A DNA stretch of 62,196 nt, counting the filler, from Hausera hauseri (lineage: Eukaryota): the NCBI GenBank assembly GCA_046269625.1. It is 12 parts of 12 records of this genome, joined end to end, with 100 filler letters (N's around TTAATTAATTAA, not from the genome) between each part and the next. Parts side by side here need not be neighbours in the genome. Positions count along the whole stretch, not along the records: positions 30,742 to 37,906 come from JBJURY010033780.1; positions 38,007 to 43,298 come from JBJURY010288391.1; positions 43,399 to 47,338 come from JBJURY010871626.1; positions 47,439 to 52,396 come from JBJURY010378814.1; 8 more parts are not named here. One strand, 5' to 3'. Made by a program: the position numbers and the translations under genes. Positions 36,641 to 48,200 of the stretch are shown here, one piece after another (position 1 is the stretch's first letter; the number at the start of each line of letters is the position of its first letter). The notes below the pieces were generated by a model that searched no databases, had not been told where the DNA came from, and worked only from the letters and a program-made list of their open reading frames with translations.

Positions 36641-36973
36641 AAACCCAGTGCAGAAATTCCAAAGTTATTAGTGTTTTTTATATATGTGTAAAATGTGAGT
36701 AAACACTCACTACTGCTACTCACTAAGCCACCATACCATGCTTAATATATCCCACCCACTAATAGGTGCTATGAAGTGATGATGACACAATCAGTGTTAT
36801 TCCTTTCATCTGTCAGTGGTCATAATGTTATGGATTATATTTTTCTATTAAGACATTGTAGGCTTTATATACAATTTTTTTAATAACATCCCAAAACCTT
36901 TGTAGTTTTACTTTGATCACTATCTATCAATCTCTGCCCAAATAACTTGTTGTTATTAATATTTCTGCATTAG

Positions 36974-37370
36974 GCATGCACAGTTTGAAAGTGCTTGGCT
37001 TGGTGTACTTCTCATACCTCTTCCTTTTCTCTGCGCTGGAGTTTACACTAAGCTTCTTGACTCATCAGCGCTTCCAGTTTTCTAGGTAATCTTATTAAAA
37101 CTGAACCTACTTACACCCATCCAGAATGCTTTTTGTACAATTATAATGTGTGAAGTGTGTATTAATAGTATAACATTTAGATTTGAGTAAATACTTGAAT
37201 ATAAATGTTGACTAGGGTCAGATTATTGTAATGATATTCAGTGGTATGAAACTCCTTCTAGTATGCAACAGGGAAAGATATTCTTCTTTATTGGCATCAC
37301 CATGGCTACGTTCCAGGGTGGGTATGCCCGTAAGATCCAACCAGGTCAGCAAATCCGGACAGTTCGCATG
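36974..37370 (+). pseudogene. mfsd10: mfsd10-like middle exons, copy 2
   Basis: Exons 36974-37085 (LGLVYFSYLFLFSALEFTLSFLTHQRFQFS) and 37262-37370 (MQQGKIFFFIGITMATFQGGYARKI). Flanking introns duplicate 30950-31170 and 31577-31877. Confidence 0.8.
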
Positions 37371-38563
37371 GTAAATACTGTTTTTAAAAGCAATACACAA
37401 TTACTGCATACGTGAAACATTTCAAAACGTATAACAATACATTTACACTGCATCATATTTAACACTGTATTTAGTTCACCTGTTAAAAGCTTTGTGCTTG
37501 TCCATGTAACAATTATTAAAACTCCACAACCTTGAAATCTAATAAAAGTTATTTTATCACTCCAAAACGAAGTATATATATATATATATATATATTACTA
37601 CATATTGGAGTTTTATGGACCACTCTTTGTCTGACCCGTCACCTAGGACCAGTTTGCCTTGGGAGATCCCACCAGGAGCTTTTGCTCCAGACAACAAAGC
37701 TCATAGGATCATTCGAGTACACAAACCCCTCCACCACGATAAGGTGGTGATCCATGGAGGAGAAGGCAAAATCATGCTTTATTACAAATTTAATGTCAAA
37801 TTAAATATCATTGACTGAACAAATACTAGGATCTGGATTTGGAAATCAATAAGCTTCACTAAAATTCAGACCTTCACTATAATTACATTTTATTGTTTTA
37901 TGTTTTNNNNNNNNNNNNNNNNNNNNNNNNNNNNNNNNNNNNNNNNNNNNTTAATTAATTAANNNNNNNNNNNNNNNNNNNNNNNNNNNNNNNNNNNNNN
38001 NNNNNNTCTTTCTGTTGGGGAGTGATTCTGATTATTTGGAGTGTATAGTTTTTTCAATGCAAAAGGGTTGTTTGATAACGTATAATAATAATATAATAAT
38101 AATTTATTCTTCTTCTTCTATACAAGGTAAATACAATTGATACAAATAAACAAATATACTAAAAAAATAAAATAAAATAAAAAAATATACTAAATATACT
38201 AAAAAGAAAAAGAATTACATGCACGCAAAACGTTCTTTACAACAAAGAACGTTGCCCGCGTGCAGGAGTATTCGTACAATTTTATGTTAAAGAAAGAAAA
38301 AAAAAAACTTATTTATAATTAGTTTAAAAAAAAAAAAAATAATAATAATAATAAGGACTTCTGTTATCAACAGAAAGAAAAAAGAAGAAATGTAGATACT
38401 ACGTACACTATATACAATTGGAATATAAACAATTTAAAAAAACAAAGATAAAAATATAATAATACACACTATGATAAAAACAAATAAATAATCAAGAATG
38501 AATGACAGAACGTGCAGACAGACCGTCAATAGAAAATAAATAAATAAAAATAAAAAAGAAGGA

Positions 38564-41518
38564 TCATATTACTACTGCATACATAAACTCCACCTGGGAT
38601 GAAGAGAGCGTCAATAGGTACAATTTCAGTATTCTATTAAAAAGTGAGGGAGACATGATAGTTTTTATATAAGATGGCATTTGATTATAAAACTTACCTT
38701 CAAGGAAAAGTGCTGACTTTTGAAAAATAGTTATGTTAGGTTTAGGCAGTCTGACAAGTCCCACGCTTCTTGTGTTGTAAGTACTCCTAATATAATCTAT
38801 AGTGGCCCCCCGATTTCCACTAGCCCAATAAAAATTTTTCAAAACCTTGTACACGTAGAGAGATCGAAGGGGCAATATGCTGTACCCTCTCAGAAGGGAG
38901 TGACCATCACCTCTTCTTGAACCCTCAACAATATATCCAAAACGTCTTTGCACACTTATCAATGGCTCAAGATGTGTTTTATAGGTGCTACCCCAACAGG
39001 ATAGGCCGTAGTCAAGCTTTGAATGGACAAGTGAAAAATAGATTTGCCTTAAAATATATTTTGGGCAAAGAAATTTTAAATAATAAAATCTATGGAGCAG
39101 CACACGGAAGTGACACAGCAGAGAGTCCACATGGGCCCTCCACAAGAGGTTATCTTCAACTACTGTGCCTAAATATTTAACCCTGGAAGACTGTTCTAGT
39201 ATTGGGCAGGTGCAGTTAGAAGAAGAAGAACAATTTAGGGTACAATATCTTAATGGTTGGTCAAAAGAAAACGTTTGTGTTAAATTGAAATTAAGATAAA
39301 TTGTTTTTGAAGGATTTAAAGCTAATTTATTTACATTGAACCAAAGTGATAAAAGATGAAGATCGCTTTGCATATGAGAGAATAATTGCTCTATGTTAGA
39401 AGCCCCGTATGCTAACGCCGTGTCGTCGGCAAACGCCGTTATTGAGCCATTAAATTCACCGGAATACATATCATTAACAAAAATCAAAAACAATAAAGGG
39501 CCCAAAACAGAACCTTGAGGTACTCCGCACGAAAGGTATTGCAAAGAGCTCTGGGAGTTGTTGATACTGACTAACTGGCATCTTTGAGTTATATATGATC
39601 GAAACCATTCCAATGCAATTCCGCGAACACCGGCTTCATGAAGTTTCCTTATTAGCAATCCATGATCAACAGTGTCAAAAGCCTTTTTTATATCAAGAAA
39701 GAGTCCTGACACTCTCTTTGTCTCCCTAGAATTAATATAAAAATAAATACTGTGAACAAAATTGCGTAGGGCCAACTCAGTATTCATCCCCTCCCTAAAC
39801 CCAAATTGGTAGTCAGAAAAAAAGTCAACAGAAGTTAAAAATGAAAGTAGACGATTTTTAACTAATTTTTCAAGTATTTTTGAAAAGTTTGATAGCAGTG
39901 ATATTGGACGATAATTACTCATGTCAGTATGATCACCCTTTTTTGGAACAGGAATGACTTTTGCTAATTTCATTAAATCAGGAAACTGACCTTCAAGTAA
40001 ACTATTATTATATACATATGACAGTACAGGAACTATATGATTACTTATCCTTTTTAAAAGTATCGCTGAAAAGTTGTCATGACCAGGAGTTTTGGAATTC
40101 GAAAGCCTATTTATTTGTATCTGAATTTCTTCATTAGTCACTGGAGCCCAAAAAATTGATTTAGAACAAGATTTTATTTTAAATTTATTCTTGTAATTTG
40201 CTAACATTTGTTCTGAAACTGGAACGAAATGGGTAGACGCTAATTTTGGTGCATTTACAAAAAAATTATTAAACTCCTCCGCCAACACAATGCCATCACT
40301 GACCAGTCCATTTTCCAATCGAATAGTAATCTGCTGTTCTTTCGGCTTTGACCTGCCCGTTAAATCATTAATAATCTTCCATTCCTTTTTAGTATCTCCC
40401 ATTGCAGACTCAAATAACTTGCCGTAATAATTAAACTTAGCTGCTTTAATCCATCTTTTAACTTTATTTTTAAATACATTAAACTGGGTTTTAAGTCTAG
40501 GGTCCTCGCTGTTTCTAATCATTTTTTTATACAATTTATCACGAATATTTATGGCTCGGCATAAGCCATTTGTCATCCAGGGTTTAAGTTTTTTTTCTTT
40601 ATGATTACGAAAAATACTAGTAATAGTTTCAGTTGATTTACTTGTGTACTGCTGTAATATAGAAATAAAATTAGAGAAAGCAGTATTTGTATCAGAACTG
40701 CTATAAACAGAACTCCATTCTTCCACACCTAAAAATTGATTTAACTTTTCGAAATTAATTCTATTAAAACATCTATCTCTAATTATTTGATCAATTTTGA
40801 AATTTTTAATTGAAATATAAACAGCTCGATGGTCTGTTATAGGAACATCTATGACAGCAGACTGCACATTCGATGGAGGGTGACCTCTCAACAAAACATG
40901 ATCTATTAGCGACGAACTGCTGCCACTAATACGAGTATCCTTATTTATAACACTCTCTAAACCAAAAGAAGATATTATTTCCAAATACTTACAGGTGACA
41001 TTATTTGAGACATTTAAATTTATATTAAAATCCCCAGTACAAATTAGCACATCTTTTCCTAAACTACTCAAAAGATTTGAAAAACTATTTAAGAAGTTAT
41101 CAACCACGCATCCATGCCACCTATATACACCAAGAACATAAAACTTAGACACTCCATATTTACAGGAAAGGAGTAAAGAGTCAGCTCCATAGATATTGCA
41201 CATTTCAGTAGTGCATTTAATTTTGTTACTATAATATACTACGACACCTCCACTTCTATTATCATTGCAATTGAACAATACATTATAGCCATCAATTTTA
41301 TATAGGTCTATCTGCACATCCGACTGTATCCAAGCCTCAGATAAAATGATGAATTGAGGCCTGGACACTAAAGCATTCAAATACAACACAAACTCATCAA
41401 AATTACGATTTATACTTCTTATATTTAATTGCAATACAGATAAATTTTCTCTACAAGGAAAATTACTGTTGAAATCATTTATGGAAGAAATAATCTTACA
41501 TTCAACATCAGAAGTCAT
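38564..41518 (-). CDS. LINE ORF2: APE endonuclease plus reverse transcriptase
   Basis: QLNIRS, LSEAW, GDFNIN, LIDH and TDH endonuclease motifs; NYRPISLL, QFGFR, LDIKKAFD, GVPQGSVLGP and FADDT RT motifs. First plausible ATG at 41518. Confidence 0.95.
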   Translation of the reverse strand: MTSDVECKIISSINDFNSNFPCRENLSVLQLNIRSINRNFDEFVLYLNALVSRPQFIILSEAWIQSDVQIDLYKIDGYNVLFNCNDNRSGGVVVYYSNKIKCTTEMCNIYGADSLLLSCKYGVSKFYVLGVYRWHGCVVDNFLNSFSNLLSSLGKDVLICTGDFNINLNVSNNVTCKYLEIISSFGLESVINKDTRISGSSSSLIDHVLLRGHPPSNVQSAVIDVPITDHRAVYISIKNFKIDQIIRDRCFNRINFEKLNQFLGVEEWSSVYSSSDTNTAFSNFISILQQYTSKSTETITSIFRNHKEKKLKPWMTNGLCRAINIRDKLYKKMIRNSEDPRLKTQFNVFKNKVKRWIKAAKFNYYGKLFESAMGDTKKEWKIINDLTGRSKPKEQQITIRLENGLVSDGIVLAEEFNNFFVNAPKLASTHFVPVSEQMLANYKNKFKIKSCSKSIFWAPVTNEEIQIQINRLSNSKTPGHDNFSAILLKRISNHIVPVLSYVYNNSLLEGQFPDLMKLAKVIPVPKKGDHTDMSNYRPISLLSNFSKILEKLVKNRLLSFLTSVDFFSDYQFGFREGMNTELALRNFVHSIYFYINSRETKRVSGLFLDIKKAFDTVDHGLLIRKLHEAGVRGIALEWFRSYITQRCQLVSINNSQSSLQYLSCGVPQGSVLGPLLFLIFVNDMYSGEFNGSITAFADDTALAYGASNIEQLFSHMQSDLHLLSLWFNVNKLALNPSKTIYLNFNLTQTFSFDQPLRYCTLNCSSSSNCTCPILEQSSRVKYLGTVVEDNLLWRAHVDSLLCHFRVLLHRFYYLKFLCPKYILRQIYFSLVHSKLDYGLSCWGSTYKTHLEPLISVQRRFGYIVEGSRRGDGHSLLRGYSILPLRSLYVYKVLKNFYWASGNRGATIDYIRSTYNTRSVGLVRLPKPNITIFQKSALFLEGKFYNQMPSYIKTIMSPSLFNRILKLYLLTLSSSQVEFMYAVVI

Positions 41519-41992
41519 TTGAAAAAGAAAAGAAAAAAAAGTAAAACTTAAAAAGAAATATAAATAAAAAGAGAGAACAAAAAACACATTCATGCCCACT
41601 GACTCCCATGAGAAAAAAGTAATAAAAATAAAAAATAAACCATTTATCAAAATAATATAGTTTCCTCTCTTAAGGTAAACTCAACAAAACGTAACAACTT
41701 CGAATAAGTATAATGATAGATAATCATTAAACCAAACAGATTGCTGCAGTGGTTATTACCAGTTATCAATAAATCACTATCACAACCCAGCAGTATCAGT
41801 TGTAACTGACAAACAATAAAAACTTACATAGACATAACAGATACATTGACGGGCTCTTAAAACAAAAAAAAAAATTTCAACTAAAATATAATAAAAAATA
41901 TTTCCAATCCAATATTGGCACAGGTACCCTAGCACTATCAAGACCAGATACTGCAATTAATCCTTAGTAAATAAATGAAAATATTTTAAATA

Positions 41993-42165
41993 GTTATTTG
42001 AAAGTAAATAAATTACTTGAACTATTAAAATTATTTGAAAGTAAATAAATTAAATATAATCTTCAGAAATATAAATAGTTTACAGAAATATAATTAGACT
42101 ATGTATATATGTATTTAACTATGTATTTGATATGTATTTAACTATGTATATATGTATTTGACTAT
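41993..42165. repeat. Short tandem repeats in the LINE inter-ORF spacer
   Basis: TTATTTGAAAGTAAATAAATTA x2 and about 20-bp ACTATGTATATATGTATTTA x3. Confidence 0.75.
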
Positions 42166-42215
42166 AATAATTATATTAATTATCGTTAAGTAGGGACAAC
42201 TGGTTGATAATTTGT

Positions 42216-43178
42216 CTAGGCATCACGTATTTCAGTTAAATCTTTTTCAGAATTAATGAATTTAACCTCCCCATTAGCCAGCATAATTTTAACCCTGCCG
42301 GCTCTGTCAACCCAAACAAATTTAAGGTTACGATTCATTCTTTTAGCTTGCCTAGCCTTAGCAAAAAGCATTCTTCTACTGGAAGATAGTGAAAGGTTAA
42401 TATAAACCCTGGAATCTGAGGCCATACCCAAGTGCCCAGCCGATAAGTCCTTATTGCTACGTTTAGCGTCCAAGATCCTATCGACATCAGTTCTTCGCAC
42501 AAATTTCACAATAATAACGGATGAACGATTCTTTGAAACCCTCCTAAGACGGTGACAGGCATCTATACTCTCATCACTTAAATCAACTGATAGTACCTTA
42601 CCCAAATTACATATGATGTTTGTGACGTTCTCTCCCTCATAAGTAGGGATTCCAGAGATTTCAAGGGTGTTCCGTCTACCGTACTGATCCAAACCATCAA
42701 GACGCTCATCGAGCTGTTCCACCTCATTTTTGAGACGCACGTTCTCTAATTCTAGCTTCTCAATAGTGTCATTCTGCCGTTTAATAATATCAGACTGCGT
42801 TTTTAAAGACTGAGAAAGTTCACTGATTTTTTCATGACACAAGTCAATTGATTTTCCCAACTCGTTAACTATTTCCGTCTTAAAGTCGGATAAAAGAGAC
42901 TGAACAGCTTCAAGAGTAAGACCACCACCACCAGAAATGTTTACGGCATGGACACCTGAAGGCGGCACAGCAACATTAACATCGTCCGACAGAGAACGAC
43001 TAAGACGCCGGTTCTTAACACAGGATTCACAGTTCCACGGGTTGTCTTTAAAAAAACTTAAGTCACTCTTCATCAAATTAACACACGTGGCATGATAAAG
43101 TGTTTTACAAGTTCCGCAAATTATTTTATTACCATTAGACCGATTAACAGCCTTTAAACACTTGCCACACTGAGACAT
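42216..43178 (-). CDS. LINE ORF1: PHD finger, coiled coil, L1-type RRM-like domain
   Basis: CGKC...CGTC...HATC...WNCESC PHD; LDQYGRRNTLEISGIP; IDACHRL; IIVKF; KFVW. Confidence 0.92.
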   Translation of the reverse strand: MSQCGKCLKAVNRSNGNKIICGTCKTLYHATCVNLMKSDLSFFKDNPWNCESCVKNRRLSRSLSDDVNVAVPPSGVHAVNISGGGGLTLEAVQSLLSDFKTEIVNELGKSIDLCHEKISELSQSLKTQSDIIKRQNDTIEKLELENVRLKNEVEQLDERLDGLDQYGRRNTLEISGIPTYEGENVTNIICNLGKVLSVDLSDESIDACHRLRRVSKNRSSVIIVKFVRRTDVDRILDAKRSNKDLSAGHLGMASDSRVYINLSLSSSRRMLFAKARQAKRMNRNLKFVWVDRAGRVKIMLANGEVKFINSEKDLTEIRDA

Positions 43179-43398
43179 TTTATATATTGAATTATTATAA
43201 AAACTTACAAAATTTAGTAAATAGTTATAAGTACGTGTATTTTAAGTATTTTTAAGTATTTTAATAAATAGTTATAAGTACGTGTATAATAATGGGCANN
43301 NNNNNNNNNNNNNNNNNNNNNNNNNNNNNNNNNNNNNNNNNNTTAATTAATTAANNNNNNNNNNNNNNNNNNNNNNNNNNNNNNNNNNNNNNNNNNNN

Positions 43399-43632
43399 GT
43401 CTGTTGCAGCGAGAACCGTTGATGCATCTTTTTTAACAATGACTTTTACATAGAGTAGCGTATCGTTCAAATCCATGTATTCATCGGCCGATGCCATAAT
43501 GTTGAATTGAATGTCAATGTTATTATCCGTTGAAACCGAATTGACGGGATAGATTTCTTCAAATGCCGCATTGTCAATAACTTGTGGAGCGCCTTTGTCA
43601 AATATACACAATTCAGATTTTGCAGATGCCAT
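43399..43632 (-). CDS. Major capsid protein (hexon-like) N-terminus, partial
   Basis: KSELCIF...EEIYPV...IQFNI...EYMDLNDTLLYVKV, typical of the Maverick MCP N-terminus. Confidence 0.82.
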
Positions 43633-43647
43633 TTGTCTGTCTGTTTG

Positions 43648-44007
43648 TCAATCGAAAATCGTACGACGACGATGTTTGTTTATAGTTGATAAGCTCTATG
43701 ATGCTCTACGGCATTTACTCAAAAGACTGCCAACAAATTGTTTTTTGACTGATTCAACGACTCCCGGTGCAGCGTTTTTTATTTATGACAAGGCGTGTTC
43801 CTTCAGTGATGGTAAAATCGATTTGTTTTCATATATCACGTCCCGTGCTGTTTTTGCTGCCACGGCTCCAATACGTTTCAAAACCGGAAATGCTAAACGT
43901 TCCAATATACACGATTATCCAGAGCCATACTGTTTACCAACGAAATACGACAGTTCCCCGCCCTGCTGGGGTTTACTGCAAATGGAAACGATTTCAAAAT
44001 CAATCAT
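43648..44007 (-). pseudogene. Small core/membrane-active-type protein (QxGG, QYGSG motifs), three internal stops
   Basis: My translation: PQQGGELSYFVGKQYGSG*...RLAFPVLKRIG...KHRRRTIFD*. Lies between penton and MCP. Confidence 0.62.
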
Positions 44008-45371
44008 GTTGTTGGATTCGACGGAAATGAAGAGTTAGACTGGCTGTGGCACCGTACGCAAATTCGATCAGGTAGCCCGCGTCACATCGGATATTCATTT
44101 CAACATTGTTTATAGATGATGTAGATGCCACAGGTAGGTACATTGGATTATCGAGCTTGACAGTGACATTGTTGCCGGCAGTATACTTGCTGCATTCCGG
44201 ATAAATTGTACGGAGTAGCGGTACACGTATTCCACCGATCAAAATAGGTTCGGTGACATTCACGTAAATGTACATTTGACTTAGTCCCGTTCTCAGTTTG
44301 GGTTTGAGTGTTGCAACGTTTGTCACCTCCGCCCCTGTCTTCGTATATGATGTCTGAAACCGCTGTTTTTCAAAACCCAATACCATGGCCAAAGCTTTTT
44401 CCAATGAAATGTCAAAAATATCCTTGGACAATTCAAATTTAATGTACCCATTTGCATCTCACTCGAAAACTTTAAATATCACCTTGTACTTTTGATTTGA
44501 AGAAGTGTTGACAGAGATGTGCTGCAGATTCGCAATAGACATTGTCGCCAATCGATACGTATGACGTTGACACCCTTTCTGTTGTATAGGTAAATTTCAC
44601 CATTGTCTGGTAATACACAGGACTTAATCTAGGAGCAACTATATATTCACTTTTAATATGTTGACCTTTGTACTCTGTATTTTTGAATCCAAATATCTGC
44701 ATCATCTTAGAGGACTCAAAGGTAACAGTAAATTCAAAATCTGCTATAAAATGTAAGTATTCCCTAAAACAAAAACACCGATCTTGCCGTATACACAATT
44801 CCAGTTCCGTTTCCATTAGTAGATCGTGTGGTAAAATACATGAGCGGAAGACTGATTCTGACTTAGTACACTTTACTATAATATCGGATTCCGCGTCGGA
44901 TAAAAAGTCCAATTTTTCCCCAGTTATAACATTTCCACCTAGCTTTAGACGTTTTGAGTGTACATTGACTGGTTCAAAATCCCATGCCTGGGCATCAGGT
45001 ATAAAATTAAACTGCATTTCAATGGGATTTTGATGCATTAGTTTTATACGGTAGTTTGAAAAATAAGCGTAAAGTGAAAAATTTTCTCGCGAATAATTGC
45101 GAAGAATATATCGGTTATTGTTTCGGATTGTACGCAAACGACTTGAAATAAGGTTCGTTTCTTGTCGCGTAAAGTAAATGCCAATGTTCTGACGTATTGT
45201 CATTGGTGAAAATGTAAATACGAATTACGTCAAAGCCACTTCCCTGGCCCCGTAGCGTAAATCGACCAGTTGGTTCAAATGCACGGCAAACTGTTTAGGG
45301 GTGTTGTCGTCATTGTCGTCGGCATATTGTGATAATGATCTGTTACTATCAAGTACCAAATAAATGCTCAT
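44000..45371 (-). pseudogene. Minor capsid (penton)-like gene, frameshifted
   Basis: Starts MSIYLVLDSN (ATG overlaps the integrase TGA). C-terminus MYIYVNV..ILIG..RVPLLRTI...PMYLPV...IRCDAG..IEF...LTLHFRR. Confidence 0.8.
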
Positions 45372-46446
45372 CACTCAATCTGCGATGCAAAAATCCAACT
45401 CGGTGTATTGTATCCGTGCCACTTGACGAGATATTGTTTATTCGAACCTTTGCCACGTGAAAGTAGAATTTCCTGAATGCGATACACATCGATTTTCTTG
45501 GGTAGTACCTGCAGTTCCCATTCGTAGAATTTACTGCGTATTTCCTCACCGTTTTCATCCTCTAAAACGTACATGAAAGGTGTTTGTTTTGTGTTGATTG
45601 CGGAAATGCGGAAAACCTTGTCGCTTCAGTTCTGATTGAAATTCTTAACGAATGGCGTCGTAGTTATTTTTGAAATTCGTACGTAAGCATCGATTTTATA
45701 TTTTGGGCGTTTAATTGCCTGTTGTCCCTGTGTTCGGTTTTGATAAATCCACATGTTCAAATCATTGACTACGTCAATCGGGTGCATTCCGTTGATTACA
45801 TGGTATGTCAAATGATTGTATGCATGAACAATATCCGGCAGTACATCTACCCAGCGTTTATTGGGTAGAAAAAAAGAAAGAAATTCGTAAAGAAATTGTT
45901 TATTCGACTGCGTATGGTTCGCTTAAATCGTTCAACGATTGCCGCCTTGCATTCAGAAAACACAGAATAGTGGTTTACACCGAACCGGTTCAAGACCGAT
46001 GCGACATGCGAATTGTAGAATTCTTTACCCAAATACATTTGTACATGCTTCGGCGGCTGTTGTTTTATTAACGTGTAAACAGCGTCGGCAATTTCTTTAC
46101 CAGATTTGAATTTAGCAGCAATTGCACGTGAAAAACGACTAAGAACATCAATACACATCAGCACGTAACGATATCCATCGTTAATACTAGCGTACGGGAT
46201 CATTCCCATCAGATTCATTTGCCATACATTATTTACAGCAGCAGCACGGTATGCACGAGTTGGAAACCGTTTTCATATCGGTTTGTTCAAGCTGTATGCT
46301 AATTGTTTCCCGAGCCTATGTTTGGTTTGTCGTCGAATCTGCTGTATAGAATTTGTCAGTTTGTCAACGCAAGTATACCCGATGGGATGATGCGGATCGA
46401 ACCATAGGTCCATCGTCGGTATTCTCAATGTCGTTTCTGTTTGCAT
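45371..46446 (-). pseudogene. Polinton rve integrase with chromodomain
   Basis: YVLMCIDVLSRF, GKEFYN, AAIVERFKRT; chromodomain YRIQEILLSRGKGSNKQYLVKWHGYNTPSW. Confidence 0.9.
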
Positions 46447-46552
46447 TGCAACAAATTGAACGAAAAGTGAATGAAAGATTCGGTAAAGTGGGACAAAAGG
46501 ATGAAAACCATTCACCCATATCGCAAAATCAATATATACTTGCATTCATTGT

Positions 46553-46883
46553 TTATACTGAACTGTGGCCACCGATGATACCACCCAATAATGACATGAC
46601 AACCGGTGGAATTGCACCAAAGAATCCTCCATCTTGCTGGTACATGACCTCTCTTTTCAGTCATTTACTACGAGCGTTGGCAAGGCCAATGATTCGTTTT
46701 CGACACTTTAGTAATTTCCGCTTTCCATTACCAATGTCGACGTGGTCCAAAACGATATTGTATAAAGTTTCCTTTTAATTGTCTACTACATATTGCAGGA
46801 ATGATTGCAGCATTTTTCCGTTTATGTCTCGACGGTGCTTTAAGCAAAGCAATAAAGTACAGTTGACTGTGTTTCAAACGCAT
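46553..46883 (-). pseudogene. Small conserved Maverick protein with C-terminal QxxGGF hydrophobic tail (pX-like)
   Basis: My translation: MRLKHSQLYFIALLKAPSRHKRK / ETLYNIVL..VDI / YQQDGGFFGAIPPVVMSLLGGII, with a frameshift and stops. Confidence 0.62.
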
Positions 46884-46920
46884 GTTTCATCAATGCATAT
46901 TGATGCGCTGACGTAGTTGT

Positions 46921-47103
46921 CTATAATCGTTGCCATTTGAACGGCAATTTGCGCCTTGATGTTGTCGTTGTTGTTGTTCGAAGTACAGAATTGATTAGTC
47001 GCCTAACTGTAGCGTTACGTTTTGACGTAGTTGACGCACGTTTCTTTTTAGACATCTGCTTGGTTTATTTACGTTTAGCAATTGCTTTTCGGAAATTATT
47101 CAT
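46921..47103 (-). pseudogene. Small highly basic protein, possibly DNA-condensing
   Basis: MNNFRKAIAKRK*TKQMSKKKRASTTSKR...RRKLPFKWQRL*. Confidence 0.45.
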
Positions 47104-47117
47104 TTTCACTTATACTA

Positions 47118-47338
47118 TCATATTGATTTTGGAATTTGTTTAACGACATGCACACACTTCGGATTGAAAATATCTGTTCGTACACGCATATCATGTGGAC
47201 ACTGTTGTGTAAAGTCAATGAACAGATATCCGTGTGGCTTGGTCGTAGCATCATGGTATGAATCTATTAGGTAGGCTCGATTGTGGGGAAATGCCTGTCG
47301 TGCAACATAATCTATGGCTGTTTGATCACGAGGATTTT
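47118..47338 (-). CDS. A32/FtsK-like packaging ATPase, C-terminal part
   Basis: My translation: NPRDQTAIDYVARQAFP...SYHDATTKPHGYLFIDFTQ...RVRTDIF. Not in the ORF track. Confidence 0.85.
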
Positions 47339-47438
47339 NNNNNNNNNNNNNNNNNNNNNNNNNNNNNNNNNNNNNNNNNNNNTTAATTAATTAANNNNNN
47401 NNNNNNNNNNNNNNNNNNNNNNNNNNNNNNNNNNNNNN

Positions 47439-48200
47439 CTTTCTTGTAGCTTGCAATTTAGCTGTTTGAAATTTTGCTTTGGCTTGTTGAAAACTGTTGT
47501 GATATTCTTGACATGGGATATTTTCAGCTTACTCCCTGGTTCTTTCGAAATAATTCTGTAGTCAGTCTAATTCCCTATTCCAATATGGTTTGTAATTTTA
47601 GTATGCTCATCTGGGTATTGTTTCATGGGGCAGCTTTGATAATGCATGTATTGAACTAATCTATAATCTTGTTGATGACTTTATCTTCTATTTGTATGCG
47701 CGCAGCCATAAGGCTGGTACAATGTTTGTACATAGCCCAGTTTGCTTTTTTTCAAATTCTTGGAAGTGTACTACTTGCATTTATAAATTCACTTTCTATA
47801 GTTAGAATGACTGGACGATAGTCGCTTCCACCAAGCTGCTTTCCAACAGTACTGGTGATGTTCCATGCTAGACCAAGTGAATAAAATGCCAAGTCTGGTG
47901 TAGAGGTAGTGTGTCAGGCCTTGGAATAGAATGTTGAGGAGTCTGTTGGCTGATTGATAAGCAACAGTCCATTTTCATCCTGCCAGTTTTCGACTTCTTC
48001 TCCCCTGCTGTCTATGTTATTATAGTCCCAACTTTGTGAGTGGCTATTGAAATCCCAACACTCTATGAGTCTTCTTTGATGTGGACTTGTGTCCAGCGCA
48101 AGGTGACAGCCACTGGAACAGTAAAAGTTGACCTGACGGAAGTTCGTTTTTTTTCTGTCTGAAGTTTTTAATATCTGGTATTCTACACTTTCCAAGTGTA
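47439..48200 (-). mobile_element. Decayed non-LTR retrotransposon endonuclease region (I/Jockey-type)
   Basis: DFNSHSQSW...RGEEVENW...LLLIN...TFYS, then TTSTPDLAF and GGSDYRPVIL. Confidence 0.75.

Larger units (their letters stand above)
38082..43298 (-). mobile_element. Near full-length non-LTR retrotransposon of the CR1/L2 group (Crack/Daphne-like)
   Basis: Intact ORF1 and ORF2, 3' stem-loop, AATAAA followed by a (TTA)n tail at about 38082-38108. Confidence 0.9.
43399..47338 (-). mobile_element. Decayed Polinton/adintovirus morphogenesis and integrase block
   Basis: Co-oriented compact order: ATPase, basic ORF, GGF-motif protein, integrase, penton, small core-like protein, major capsid. 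Confidence 0.92.

Noticed and set aside
41519-41650. Hydrophobic N-terminal extension of LINE ORF2 as a signal or TM segment
   Set aside because: It results from translating the T-rich spacer from a TTG; the endonuclease domain starts after the ATG at 41518.
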